From contig MU058054.1 of the NCBI GenBank assembly GCA_013265495.1, positions 310,001 to 374,000 on the forward strand: a stretch of 64,000 bases of DNA, in the 5' to 3' direction. The position numbers were made by a program, and so were the translations under genes. Each line of letters opens with the position of its first letter. Within the stretch, counting starts at the first letter, position 1. Under the pieces are notes generated by a model. That model saw only the letters and a program-made list of their open reading frames with translations. It was not told the DNA's origin and did not search any database. Shown here one piece after another: positions 13,548-27,959 of this stretch. This DNA comes from Vicugna vicugna (taxonomy: Eukaryota).

Positions 13548-16418
13548 CTGTAAGAGAAAAACGCATATTAACTGTATCACTTGTAAAACTGTGCCATAAT
13601 TTTCACCATTGACTGCTTTCCCTGGAATTTGAATGTTTTCAGAATTTATCGTGTGTCAATTCCTGACCAAAGCATTAGCATATGTTTCCTTTCTTTTGCT
13701 TTGGATTTAAATTAATTAGATTTTGGGGGAATCTCAAGAATCAAAAACACAAAGTTTTTTTTTTTTGAGTTACTCTTGCAATAAAAAAGCAGCAATATTC
13801 TCTTCCTGACTCAGTCAGCAATTTATTTCAAACAAATCTAGGGAACAATATACTTCTTTTATTTGGGTAGCTGGGATAAGACAATAAAAGAAACATGCCT
13901 ATCAGGTCAAATGAGAAAACATCTCATTCCTTCACTATTACTCCAAATGACAATATACAGAAGAGGTCAGGAGTCCAGACAATGCTACAAAATGACAAAT
14001 GGGTTATTACATTATCTGGACTTTTATTTTGGCTACAAGTTGATAACTGATTAAACAGCTGTGGGACAGTTAAGTTTGTTTAAGCTGCTTAAAGAATCAC
14101 ATTCCTCATGCAAAGGTATAATTAGTAGCTGTAGCAGGTACTTAGCTACGTGACGAAGCACCCACTCGTGGGACCGGGGTGACCATGGGTAAGCTGCCTA
14201 CTTGATGACCGATTTACACCAAACTCAAGAGTGTCTGTGGGATGAAGTCATGGAAAGAGACTGCTGCTTCTATTACTGGGAAAATCACACTGACACTTTT
14301 TCTTTATATAAGGCAACCTCAAACAAGCAAGAAGAGAACCCTCCACATAATCTCTGCATTTGCTGACAGTGTTTTTTTAAGCAGAGAGACGCAACGATCA
14401 TTTGGTAAACAAGCACCATAGTTATGAACCATTAATGACATCGAGGACATTTGCTTTCCCTATAAATAACCATATGTACCTCTCAAATACTGCAGCCATT
14501 AGCAAGTAATTCAAGCTGTCTCGCCAGTGCAGTTGGTAACAGTCCTAATCTGACATTCCAAAGTAGCTGCATCTCTTGGGAAAACACGCCTATTACCCAC
14601 TATCATTTCTGTTTCAGCTTGACATCTGTGGAAATTTCAACACAGGTTATCCCTCCCTCTGTCTTCATAAAACTTTTATACAACAGCTGATTAATTTTTT
14701 GGACAGAAGGCAGCCAAAGCCTTCTCTGCTTTTCTCCTTGTCTGCCCAGGTTGGTCTCAGACCACAGAGCGAGATCAGCATGGTGGCCACGTCACAAATC
14801 CAACATCTCGGAGCGGGTGATGCTCCAAACCCAGCGCTCCAGACAGCTTAGGAATTGGCCTCGTTTGTTTTTCAGTTTCTGCGTTTCAGAATGGGACATT
14901 CCTGTCATGTGCTTCTGAGTGTTTCTACGAATTCCATGTAAAGGAAATTAAGAGATTAATACATATTTCTAGATAACGACTCCAGGATTAATGAGGTTAG
15001 AATTCTGGGGTTTAATCAATATGTATGGCTTTTTTCCAACATGGTGTGTTTTGGAAATAAAATGTCCGCAAGGTAAAATAGTTTTTTAAAGCTACAGAAT
15101 ATTATATAAGTCTTTTAAATAAATAGAGACGGTGTTAATAAAATTTATAAGTCAGGGGGAACGATCTCTTCCCCACGTATTTTTCTACGGAATGAAAACC
15201 ACATGAGACATTTTTATGAAGAGGTAACATATTCCACTTACTCAAAAAGGTGATAAAGCTTGACATTTATATTAGGGAATATTTCTTGGTTTCACTTTAG
15301 CGTCATCATCAGACGGCTGGTGGGGGGGAGGGGAAGGGGCCGGCGCACGCCCGTTTGGGATCAGCAAGGACTCCTGCCAGCGCCGCTCTGCGGCAGCGCA
15401 GAACGGAGGGTTCGCTTCCCACTTGTGGACGTGACTCTGAAGGGGTGATGAAACGCGGGCTTTGGTGAAGGAGGGGAAGGGAAGGAAAGGTGGTTATGAA
15501 GGAGTTCCAGGATGTCCAGAACAGTTTCTTCTTAGCCCTGTCTCCTGCTTTGGGTGGTCACTTCTATGCCAATTTCCTTTTCTCTTTCTCTCTGTCACCA
15601 CGGTGGGGTGAGGGAGGGGACAGAAGGAGGGCAGTGTTGTAACTAGGCCTTCCAAGGCCACATGGGTGCTGCCAAACAGGGGAGCGGAGGATGGTGTGAA
15701 AGGGACAAAAAGGGAAAACCCTGTTCTACTGAGAGGAAAAGGGAAGAAGGCTGGCAAAGAGCCCTTGGCAGGAAAATGCCTGTTTCCTCAGGTGTAAAAC
15801 GACAAGGGGCTGCCCCGAGGCTCTGAGGGCCCCTTTGATTTAAATCCTGTGGTTCCCCTCTGTTCTTAGAATGGGTACAGTGGGCCTAACGGAATCGTGT
15901 TTTCATAGTCATTCAAACATCAAAATTCACTGAAATGGGACACCGGTGTTGTATCTAAATCACAACCAAAGATAAAACTTATTTACTGAAAATCCGATGA
16001 ATGAATAAACTGTGCTGCCTCCGCTAAGTAAGTGACAGACAGTTTTATGGGTAACTTGAGGTTGCATTAATAAAAACAAGCTTCATATGTCTGTTCAAGA
16101 GGGGCTACCAAACTGTGTGTTTCTTTAAAAACAAAATTCGGATAGCAACGGTATCAGTGCTCAAATGAAGTAGCCTGACTGTCAGCAGTTTATCAAAACA
16201 GGGAAAAGCCTCTAAAGTATGCTTAGGACTCTTTGTGTAAATAACGTTTACATAATCTAAACAATTTCTTCAGCTTTGCTGCCCCATCTGCCCAAGGCCC
16301 CGAAGTCCCTCCCGTCTCCAAAAGGAAGCAGCGAGAGCCATAAGGTCTCCTGGAGCCGCCGAGTTAATGGCATGTATCATTTACATTGAGGGCATGGCAT
16401 GTTTGCAAACGGGCTCAC

Positions 16419-16480
16419 CACTGAGTGATGAAATGTACAAATGGCTCGGAGAACTCTCCAACCGGAAGGACGGGCGAATC
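16419..16480 (-). CDS. MAP2K5: MAP2K5 coding exon, DSPVLPVGEFSEPFVHFITQ(C) (exon 20)
   Basis: Minus strand reads tcctccatcccag|GATTCGCCCGTC...CATCACTCAGTG|gtgag. 62 nt, phase 0/2. Confidence 0.97.
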
Positions 16481-19400
16481 CTGGGATGGAGGAAAAACAA
16501 GTCACCAAAAGTCACAACAATTCCCGTTCCTCCTTTATTCCCCCCTACCCACCACCCCCATCCCAAAGGAGCATATAAAGATGAATAAACGACAAGGACT
16601 CGCCACCATGTGCAAAGGAAGACGGGTCCTTATCCAATTAAAGAGACTGTCTACACCCTCTTTCACATGTTTATGTAAAAATGCCAGATTTAAAGCCACA
16701 CACATTTCACAATGGTGAGAAACATGAGGCAAGGAGGGAAGGGAGGTGAAAAAAGGACAATGATAGCCACAGGGCAGGAAAGAAGGTACGGAAGTGTAAA
16801 TGAGAAATTAATGATTATTTAAGTAACACGCAAATGGTCTTGTAATTAACAAAGAGCTGTGAAATTATTCTTGGGTTGACCTTTGTTTCTTTTACTGGAT
16901 TTGCAATTTATTTACACTTTCTTTTTTATTTACGTTTATTTGTATATTCAATTGCTCTTAACTGCTTGCCCCTAACTGGATCACGTTGGTCAGAGGCTTT
17001 TGGTCTTTTTCCCCCCTCCCCACGGTAAAAGAAAAGCTTTTATACCAGAGGCTGTTTCCTGAAAAGGAATTTCAGCCTTATTTGCCAGTCTGGGCAAACT
17101 CATGAGAAAGCCAGTGGACTAAGGACACAATGAAAAACTCCCACCTTGACCACCTCCAGGACTAGGGTGGAGGTGGGAGTCACTCAAAAGAGCAGAACAC
17201 TACACAGCAACAAACGACAACTGCCACGTAACACAGGGAGCAAACCCCATTACCGTTTGCAAAGGAAGGCTTTACGAATTTAGGAGTTTTTCCAAGAATG
17301 ACAGAGAGCGCCACTGTGTTTATAGTGTAACGGCTCAGGATGTAATGAAATTACACTGCAGAGTACTTTAACAGTCATCTCATTAGACCTACAGTTGGAA
17401 CAAGAGAGCCACATAAAGTAGGCAGCTGCAAATGACTCCATTCTCATCTATTCTCATTTGCTATTAAAAATACCTTTCGGCGGCTTTTTTTTCCTCCCTG
17501 ACATCCCTACACAAAGTGCCCTGCAAAGTATGATACATGCACCTATTTAAATTAACAAAGGAATGACTTATTTTAATCTCACTGTGCTTTGGAGTGCTTT
17601 GGCCATTTGGATGAGCAATATATCATTACATACAACCTTCCAGCGCTGCAGGCAAGAAACTCAGAGCATGCAGCATTTGGCGGGAGCCAAACAATTTCTC
17701 CAGCACACAACTGTGTCAAATGCATGCATGTATTCATTATTGAGAACGAGAGGAAATGGCTTTGATGTAGTGGAAAAAAGAAGATGATAAAAGTACCTTT
17801 GCAATGTGCATGTCATTATCAATGGTGGCACACAGATACAACTGCACAGCCTCCTATGTGATTAGTAAATATACATATAATTGCTGTGGCCAATTATCAG
17901 AAAAATGAGATCGGTAATTACAAGACAGAAAATTAACTAGAACTCTTATTAAGGCTTCGTTTTCAATTCAAACAATTGGAAACTGCTGGAAAATACAATT
18001 AAATCAAAAGGAACTGAGGGGGTCAAAGCAGCTAAAAAAAGAGAAATAAATAAAACCCCAAAGAGGTTAAAAGAAAAGGGATGTGAACCAAATGTTTCTG
18101 AGTTTTTGCGTATCTGTCCCCTTTGAATTTACTCTGTTCATCCAGAAGAGGGGAAGGTTAGTGAAGCTAAACTTAAAATTCTCATCAGTAGGGAAAGGCT
18201 TCCAAGAGGAAAGGAAAAGAAAACAAAGGAAAATGGGAGTGAAGTAAAATCCTGCCAAGTTCAAAGGAGTACATGCAGGCATTACATAGACAGGACATGA
18301 AAAATGGGGGGGCTGATGAAATGGTCTGCTCAAAAGAAACCAGGCACGCAGAAACATGACAAGCCCTCAATAAAGGTGCTATAAAATGGTCACAGAAGTC
18401 CGATCAGTTTGAAGAGCAAAAATAAAACATGAAATCAATTTCAGCCCGGTCTGTTTTAGAAAAGCCATATATATCACCAAGCCTGCAAGATTCTACAAGG
18501 CCCAGTTCAAGAAATGACATTTTACTGTCTCTCACACCATGAGTAAAAAGAGAGTTCAAAGTCTGAGGTACAAAAATTATGGCCTCTGGTCAGGTAGGTA
18601 GTTCTCTAAATCATTCCTTTCTGAAAATGTTTAGGCGGCTGTAAGTACTGGAAGTGTATGTGTAACAGTTGCTTTACAAGGAACGCTTAGGGGGGAAAAA
18701 GCCTACTGTCTTTATGTGGCTGCATATTTACCAAGATGGTTAAAATTCTAGATTGGTTTTCTACAAAGATCCTGATATAAAACGTGATGCCAGTGTGGGC
18801 CTCCTTGCAAAGTATGATACCAGGAGTGAATCAATGAATTATTGACCAGGCAACTTGATGAAGACGTCATTTTAATATGGGTGAGAAACAAAATGAGGAA
18901 ACTGTGACATCTTTGCATGGGTAGTTAATTTTATTTAAGACCTGATATTGTAGCCTGTTAAGTTCCTCATAATACGAAGCTAAGGAACACTGGGTGGTAC
19001 CCATGAATAATTTATTTCACTTGTGAAAATGCCAGCTCAAGTCGACTTTGCAGAACCACAGAGAGTAGATTCTCATCTCAGTGGTGCCTGGGAAGAATCA
19101 GTCATCAAAGACGCGGGGGGAAATTCTAATCTCACGTGCACACCGCCAGGTATTTCTTTTCATTTTAAAATCCATGTCTCTTGTGTATCTCAGAGGAGAA
19201 TTTTCTGAGATACAGAATTCTGACTAGTGGGGCAGGGGTCAGAACACCACAAACATGGGAGCAAAGGAGTCCTCTGAGAGCCTCCAACGCCACAAAAAAT
19301 AAGCACGCAGGCAGTTAACATCCCAGAGAAGGCAAATGAACAGACCCGACAGGGTTCACCACACTAGAGGATTTTTAAGTACACTTTTCTCATTTTTAAG

Positions 19401-20382
19401 CAAGTAAAATTAGCAGTTAGTTTCGATCAGGACGTAAAGAACCTCCAAGAACCCACTTACTCTGTGGTCTAATTCCAATCTGTGCGAAGGAGGGAGAGAG
19501 GCTCACAGTACAGCTGCCCCAGCATCTCCAGGGTGCCCAGGACGGAAAGCAGCCAGTCACCGCGGGGTTAGAGCAAGACAGAACCATGCCCAGGGTTTCA
19601 GAGGATCTCATAAAGTCATAGCTTCTACTTATCAGAAAGTTCTCTGTGAAATGTGGGCTCAGGCCAGACGAAGAAAAAATACATTTCGAAAATGTAAACA
19701 CAAAGTAGAGAAGCAGTTACACTAATAACTCTCAGTCCTGGCTGAAACGGACCCTAAGTTGCCAATAAAATCACTTCCTTTAAGACCCTGGGTGCGAGCC
19801 TTCATCTCAAGGGCTTTTTCTGGAGATGCTTTCCTGCTGAACTTCTAAGCACAGAGGTACAGAACGAAACAGTGGACACGACCTTAACCCAAAGCCTTGA
19901 CCTGAGTGAGAGTCTGGTCCTGAATCAACTTCAGAGTCACTACAGGGAGACAGGCTGGATCCTGGTACGGAGAGGCAACCGACGCATGAAAAGGGCTGCT
20001 GTAAACCATCTCAGTAAGCATTTCTGCTCAGCACGGAGGACAGCCTCCAAGTCACAGACGTTTCCGGGAACCACCCTTCTGCTCAACTGGAACTGCAGCG
20101 TGGCACGCCGGAGAACAGAGAAGGACAGCGCGCAGGAAGTCTGAGTGATGCCTTTGCTGTGTGAATAATGAACAGTTCAGGAAGGTCAACCCATTACAAC
20201 GGAAGCTATTTAATTATTAATTATGCACAATCTATGAGCAAAAGGACAAGTTCAGAATGTTTAATGTATGCTAACTTCAGCCGGACGCTCTCTGGGTGTT
20301 TTGTTATTAGCACTTGTCAGCGAGGTACTCAGGCATTAAAAAAAGGTAAGCCGCAGAAAATCTGGAAGTGTGCATGTGTGTG

Positions 20383-20385
<3 letters not shown>

Positions 20386-20413
<28 letters not shown>
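20386..20413. repeat. (GT)14 microsatellite
   Basis: Seen directly. Confidence 0.95.
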
Positions 20414-20417
<4 letters not shown>

Positions 20418-20779
20418 GCAACGAGGTGGGGGAGGGGACGGGAGAGAAGGAGGACCAATTTCAACCACAGTGGCTGCTAGTTCACATGCAGGGCAAGGGT
20501 ACTTACTAGCACACTTTGTGATCTTCAGTGCGGGCAGGTAAGTTGGATACTCCAAATATAGAAACCATAAATGAGAAAAATGCTTTTGAAACGACTGAAA
20601 AGGGAGATCATTATTTTAAAGACACAGGTTTTTTTTTTTGTAAACCATGTTTCTTGGCTTTGAAGGGATCTGTGTCATTAATGCCTGTGTGCATGCATGC
20701 ATGTGAGTGCACACACACAGACACGTGCATCAGTGCACGTAAAACTGGTAGCATCTGAATGACTTCTGTGGATGGGATC

Positions 20780-20925
20780 GCTGTCAATTTCCTGGTTGTG
20801 ATTTTGTACTTTCTGAACTGTTACCACTGGGGGAAACTGAGTGAAAGGTACACGGGATCTCTCTGTATTATTTCTTACAACGGCCTGTGAATCTAAAATG
20901 ATGTCACAATAGAAAGTTTAAAACT
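20780..20925 (+). mobile_element. Old LINE-1 (L1MC/ME-type) 3' end fragment
   Basis: 'gtcaatttcctggttgtga...gttaccactgggggaaactgagtgaaaggtacacgggatctctctgtattatttcttacaac...gtgaatcta'. Confidence 0.8.
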
Positions 20926-21204
20926 AAAAAGGTCAGGAGCTATTTTTTTAAACTCATGAGGTTCAGATTTTTAGCGGAGCCCTGCTTTGTATAATGGAGA
21001 AGCCTGGCATACCTATTCAACTGGAAAAAAGTTGCCGGACTCTTGCTTAAAAAAATACACCTGAGGACTTCTTTTTTGCCTTCAATTCATAATTAAAGAT
21101 GAAAATGGAACCTGACAATGATGTGGTGCTTAATTCAGACACTAATAGGGCATAGACATAAAATACTGTATAAAAATAATACAAGCATTATTACTTATTT
21201 ATTG

Positions 21205-21345
21205 GGTCATTCATTCAAAAATTTTCTAGACACACTACCATGTCAAAGGCACTAGGCTGGCACTGGGGATGACTGATTCTTAATCCGTATCCTGGAATAA
21301 TCTGTGTACAGTTCAGGGGGTTAAGACGTGCACGCATAAGAGTGC
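21205..21345 (-). mobile_element. LINE-2 3' end fragment
   Basis: 'cattcattcaaaat...ctaccatgtcaaaggcactaggctggcactggggat'. Confidence 0.6.
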
Positions 21346-24300
21346 TGGGGAAACAACTGTAGGAGTCCGGAGGGCCGTGAGACACCGTCTTGACTCTCTG
21401 ATCGTCTTCCTTCCTCACGTCCACAGAGCACCTGGGGCATAAAGGGACCTTGAACATCTTAATCTGTGTCATGGCTCCTCCTCTTTATGCAAAACAGACA
21501 TTCCTTCAAATCAAGATTTTACACTTGTTGGCAGTAAAACACAAGGAAGATAGGAGGACAACTTCTCAAAAATCTCAAGGCGTTGGCCACGCTGGTGAAT
21601 TCCGAGGTCAGCTGTGCTGTGGTCAGATTAAACCAGGCAAGTTAAATGAAATACAGCCAGCCTTTGAACAGTTTTCAACTACCTATTTCTAGACCTCTTG
21701 GTGTCGGGCCATCGAGCCAACAGGTGATTAACATCAGAGAATCGCCTGCGTCTGACCAGCACTGAGCGTTATGCTCTAACATCTGAAACGTAAACCTTTT
21801 AATTCAAGTCTGATATTCCCTTGGCCCTGGGGCGACGATCTCTGGTCCCACACACTGGGGTTCAAACTGGCACAGCCGCCTGGATCGCTCCACTTCCGTC
21901 CGCAGTGCTGGGGTCAACGGCTGTCTGCCTGTGATTCCAGTGGCTTCACATTGGGCAGGACAGCATTTTGCCTTGTCAGATCCCATACTGCTTTGTGACT
22001 CTCCATTTCCCCCTGCCTTCCAACAGCATCTCTGTGAAACAGCAGAATCCACAGGACAAATATGCTCTTGACTGGGGAGCAAACCTAGCTCATCTGGGGA
22101 GAAAAAAGACACACAAAAAACTAGACCATCACCTTTAAAGATTTCCACTGAAGCCAACCTACAAACCAAAAATTTACCTGGTCAAAGGGTAAGCCAGTGA
22201 TAGATTCTGGGAAACTAGCTTAGTTTTAATATTTTGAAGGTCCTGGATGTTCATGTCTGTAAGTTTCTGTAACAGATGGCAGCCAGGGAAAAAAAGGCCA
22301 TCGCATCTCATTCGTGAGAGAAAGGTGGGAAATGGATGGCCAAGTGCTCAGCCAGAGAATGACTCGGACCCCTTAAGATATGAGTAAACCAGAAGTCCAC
22401 ACTAGACTTGCACCAGGCCAGTCAGTGCTTGTTCAAAACACGTAGTTCACTTAAAAATGTGGCCAGCCTGTCAGGGTGGAAAGCCAGTATTTTGACACTA
22501 AGTGTATTTTTGATTTTGCAGTGCAGATGGAACTGGCCTAATCTGCAGGGTGTTATGAGGGACAGCGCTGAGGTGAGGGAGAGGCTTTGACGTTAGGAAG
22601 GCCTGCAGATGGGCGTGACCCTCCTCTTACTCATCCCACTCCACATCAAGCCCTGAGCGGAGAGAGTGAAAGATGATTCAATTTCCACACCGGGTCACCC
22701 CATGCTCTGGGTTGCCAGACGTGACGAATTACATGTGTGGGCATTTTGGTGTGAAGTTCTGTCCACTGGGTCCTGGCTGACAGTAGCAGCTCATTTAACT
22801 CGACTCAGATAGACCTGGAACCAGGGGCAGAAGGCCTGAATTTTCACCACTGAAACAACCACCGTCCCCAAAAAACCTTTAAATCACGGGAGAACCAACT
22901 ATGAGCCAAGTGAACATCACAACCAGATGGCTTAGAAAAAACACAAAATATAAATGAACTGGTCTAAAGGAATCTCTGAAATCTCAGACGATACGAATTT
23001 TTTTCCTATTTTGTTTTTCTCCTAAATGTTTCGGCAGTTTTTCAATATCAGGATAAAAGAGAAGGAAAAACAAAGTTTGTCATTTATATCAAAACTAACC
23101 CTTTGCCTTTTTGTCATTTAAAAGATTTACATTTACTTAGAGATTCTCGAAACACATGGAAAAAGATCTTGGTGTTTTATAAAATTCCTTGAAAACAGGT
23201 AGGTGGAGAACAGGAAAATGAATTAATCTCTTAAACCATTTTTGTAGTTGCTTCCTTTTCAGAGCCAATGGACATCTTTTTTCTGTTTTTATTTTAGGTC
23301 TCTTGTTGGTCATAAGCTATAGTGCACAGTATTACTCAGAGGTGCCTGTATGAACAGCACACTCAAACACACACACGCACGCACGCTAACACCCACAGAC
23401 ACCTCTTTCCAATGGCTTAGGCAGAGCAGCAAAAAAACATGCTTGTCTCACACCAAAGGGATTTCATTTACAAAAGTAAAACCCCTTATTGTCCTCTCTC
23501 TCTCTCTGTAGCCTCCCAATGCATTTCTATTGCTTTTTCATAAAACACTGCTGCAAATAATCAAGCATGACCATTGACATCCACGAGATTGAGTTTTAGG
23601 AACCATTAAATGAGCTCACCCTCGTGGGAAGCCTCCCGCTCAGGCTGGTCTAAAGGTAATTATTCAGCAATTCCTACCTGTGGTTTTACCTTGTCCCTGG
23701 TACAGTGTTTGAATTTCATACACTGGTAAGGTCAATTTCTTTTTTTTTTTTCCACAGGAAAAGCCCAGCTGCACATGTTGGATCCAGGACCTAAATGATA
23801 ATGCTAATATACACACTGGCGTTTCACCAGGTTCTACGTGCAGAGGTGCTGATTACAAGCGATCTTAGACGAAAGGTAGATCATAAACTGTATTGAACAA
23901 AGATGCAAGAGGAAAATCTAGGGGTGAAGGGAAACTCTTAACAGTTTCCTAAATGAAAGGAGTCATTCCTCTCTTCATAGGTAAAGGATTAAGAGGGAAA
24001 ACAAAAACAGCTGAGCTACACCCATGTTCCCTTCAAGGGCGAGAACCTGGCAGGTCCGTGTCCTGAAAAATCATCAAGCCATAACACCATCCAGTGGGAC
24101 TCCTGGAACTCGCTGCAATCCAGAGTCCACCACTGCCACACCGTGTGCCTCCTGAATGTTCATTCGACTGTTAGTTAAAATAATTACTGCCAAGCTACGG
24201 ATACGGGGAAAGAGCTTCCAGCGGCTGAGCGGTGCAGGAGCGTCAGTGGGATCTGCTTACACAAAGGCTATGTCAGCTGGGACTCAGAGGTTGAAAGTTA

Positions 24301-27039
24301 CATGTGAGACTGTGCCCTACCTGGTTCCATGCGGTGAACACAAAGAGAAGGGAACTGAAAGCTGGCTGAAGGAGATCCCGCATCAGTTTAAAATGAGTCA
24401 GTGCGAGAGGAACAAAGAGAGGGAGACAGGGAGGGAGGAAGGGAGAGGAAGTGGAAAAAACCAGAACTACATACTGTGAAATGCACAAGTTCAGTTAGGA
24501 CGTTCATCAGGGTTTGGAAAATCAGAATGCCATCTGCTGCTCTGGCCCTCAGAACATCAGGGGCCTCGTGGGCCCAGACGCTTCCATTTCCAGGAGGAAG
24601 GAAGGAACCCACCCTCCCTGGAACGCTGCCTCCATTCCGGAATGGAGGCAACACCCCAGCCGACCAGCTTGGAATCTCTATTTGAGAACATTTGCGCTGC
24701 TCGCAAACGGGCCTTCCCTGGTTTAGGGGAAATTAACGGCAGGCGAAATGGTTACAGCAACTGGGCAGTGAGGCAGACCCGAGCCCCAGCCCGAGCTGCT
24801 CGGTAACTGACCCTGGCGTCCAACTTGGGCTCGGGGTGTGCAGGTCCCATCATGCTGGACTAAATGAGCATTGTCCTGCGGCTGGGTAGGACTGCACAAT
24901 AGAGCAACACATGTTAAGTGACAGCAGCCAAAACCGGCCCCACCAGGCGACTGTCCAGTCACACAACGCTATTCACAGCCTTTCACCACCAAGAAATTGA
25001 TTCATTAATAATACATCAGGCTTCGTGGGCAATCCAAAGAAAACAACACAAAGCTACTTGTTCAATAACTGCCTAAGGATGCAGAATTTTTCCTGGTTTA
25101 AAAGAACCACCACCACCAAATCTGACTTACTGAGCTCAAAGTCAGGGATGTTTATACTGATATTCTGACTAGTAAAAAAGAAGAACTTGAAAGGTCTAAC
25201 CACTGAATTCACTCACCAGGAAATGATAAACATACAGATTTTTTTTCAGCAGTAGCTAATAAAATCTGATTTTATATAACTGAATTAAAAATATTTTTTT
25301 CCCACTTTAAGTGACTGTACATTCTTCACATTATCAGGAAAACTGCTCTTGTTTCTTCTGTTACTTTTTTTTAAACTTACTTCTTTCTTTCTCCTCCCTC
25401 CCAGCAACTCATAAATATGAATTAAATATAATTATAAATGAACAGAACATTAACTTCTGGATTACTGCTGTGTTTTGGTAGAATGTTAATGTCATTTCCA
25501 AAGAAACAGTTATTACCAACAGAAAAAGTAATTACTAAAGGAATCATGGCCTTAATGCTAACCTATTTTCAATTTTCAAATCAGTCAAACTGCATTAATT
25601 TAAACATACTGGACTCTTCGAAGGAGGTATCAGATTTCTAAAGGGTGCCTTGCATAAAAGAGGGAGTGTCGGTTTTCAGGCTCCCAATTCCATAGCCCAG
25701 CGCTACGAGGCAGAGGTCTGGTTAACAACGTTGCTGGGGGACCGGACTATTGTGTATCCACTTGTATTAACTTACCGAGTTCTAATGCCTCCCAGTCATT
25801 AACTCATACAAGTTGCAAATAACATAAATCCCACATCATCAACACCCGTTTAAGCGAGTGGTTAGTGTTAGTCACTGCGGTCGGAGGCTCCAGGCCTGGC
25901 CGGGGTCATCAGACAGCTCCGGCCATCAAGCCTTGTGTCGCTTTAAACCACCTGCCGTTATGTGCTGTGAAAGGAACAGGGCATCCCAGGATGCTAGCAG
26001 CACGGGGGGGGGGTCCCCTTTTACTTTTTGCCAGAATTCTGGCTTCTGAAGTTAGCAAAGTCCCTCAGGGGGAAAAACTGAATATTGTTTCCTCAAAAGT
26101 TGGTTAATCCCACTTTTTGAATTCTAGGGAGGTATTATCAGGCAATGATTTTCACGCCCCAACTCTCCCATCCCCAAATCCTAGAGAGCACTTGCTAAGT
26201 TCACAGCCCAGCAGCTTCTCAGTGAACCAGTCCAAAAGTGAGTGATTCTGCATGAACACATTTTTTAAGATAACAGTGGTTGAAGAGGCAAATCTTCTGT
26301 ATGTAAAAACCTTTCTAAGAGGACAGATGCTCCTCCCCGCCACCTTACACAGAATATGCAGAACAGAATTCAATTCTTAACGACGTGAGTCATTCCTATA
26401 AACTGAACTGTGTAGTAATATACCTCTGCCCTTGGGGCATGTCTGCAATGCTTCCTGAGCTGTCTTCTTCCACAGTTTTTAAAATAATCTCTCTTTCATG
26501 CCAAAATGTTCAGCTGTCACTTTTTGTTTCTATCAAGGATAATTATAGTGTAGTAGAAAGAGACCAAGCCTTTGCCCCTCAGTTTCCTCTTCTGTAAAAT
26601 AGAGTCTTGTGGGAAAGTGACATGACATTGGGAAACATTGTATAGACCATAAAGTTTAAGGCTAGACTTCTGAATTTTGATAAAGGACCATACGTATTAG
26701 CTAAGTATCTTCCTGATCATATACTCTCTACTACTTTTTGGATTTGTTTTTCTGAGGTCTTGAAAAAAGTAGTAATAAGTTCCTACAACCATGTATAAAT
26801 TTCATTCCATGAATATTTAGGACTGACTGTCTTGGGAAGACAGAAATGAAAAGCCCGGAGTGTTAAGAGTCTAGTTGATAAACTTCCTAAAATTGGGTCT
26901 AAAACAGGAATTAGGATGAGGTGCTTGGTGCTGTCCAGTGAACAGAATGCTAATTATATTCTTCCCACGAAGTGTGTCTGCGCCCCATCTCAGCGAGGGC
27001 TTGGCTGCCCAAGTGGAATGCTTCTCCCATGACCCCGCC

Positions 27040-27820
27040 TCTCCACCCTCCCCTACATCCAATTATGCACCAAATCCAGTTTATTCTATCTCCTAAATAC
27101 CCTTCAAATATGCTAACTCTGTCCTAATTAAAACCCCTATACCTTTGATCGGGCACATTAAGTTCCCAACCATCCTTCCCAACCCATCTTTCACAACCCT
27201 GCCAGTGATTTTTCTAAAACACAATTCTGGTTCTGCTGATCCTCAGCCTAAAACTCTTTCACCTCCCACCCCTCCATTCCTGCAGATGCCTTCAGGCGCA
27301 GTGTGTAAAGGTCCTTCGAAAAGTGGCCACTGTCCCACCTCTTTTAATACTGTGCCAAGCACCGCAGTCATACTGAACTCTCCCCGGGGCCTCGGCTACC
27401 TACCTCGACTGGCCCTTCTGGCTTCCCGTCTCATCACCCCTTGGTACCCGTAGAGCCCCCTGGTACCTCATCACCCCCTTCGTTATCACCTCTCTTCCCT
27501 GTGCTTCCCCAGCACCTTGTCCACACCTTTAATATGTCTCGAATGTTTATAGCTTCAAACATCATTAAAACACCTTATCATTAGTACCCATTTATGAGAG
27601 GGGCTTAAATAACAGTCACTGTGCTCCTCCCAGGACCCAGGCCGCCAAGGCTCAGACCACTAACACGGCCTGGCGTCTAGGCTAGAGCAAGCCGCTCACA
27701 CATGGCTGTTGGCTGGCCTGTCTCTCTGACTAGAGCAGACACTCTAGTGGTGGCCATGGCATCTGATTCACTCCCGATCCCTAGTACCTAGCTCCGGGAC
27801 TGGGACAGGTTTACAGAATG
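27040..27820 (+). mobile_element. LINE-2 remnant(s), degraded
   Basis: 'catccaat...ccaaatccagtttattctatctcctaaata', 'ccagtgatttttctaaaacacaattctg' and 'gactagag...ccctagtacctagc' are L2-like. Confidence 0.55.
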
Positions 27821-27959
27821 ACTGTCTGCATCATCATGGGTGGTTTTCAAACTATAATCTATGGAACTCTAAGGACCTTTACGAGGGTGCTGGGGAAGGG
27901 TGGGGACAGGGTGGAGATCTAAGCTTCCTACCCTCTGGTCAAACCACAAAGGCTTCAAA

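Noticed and set aside
17137..17180. Alternative short hairpins (actcccacct/aggtgggagt and ccacctcca/tggaggtgg)
   Set aside because: Stems of 9-10 bp are expected by chance in 64 kb and are too short for a pre-miRNA.
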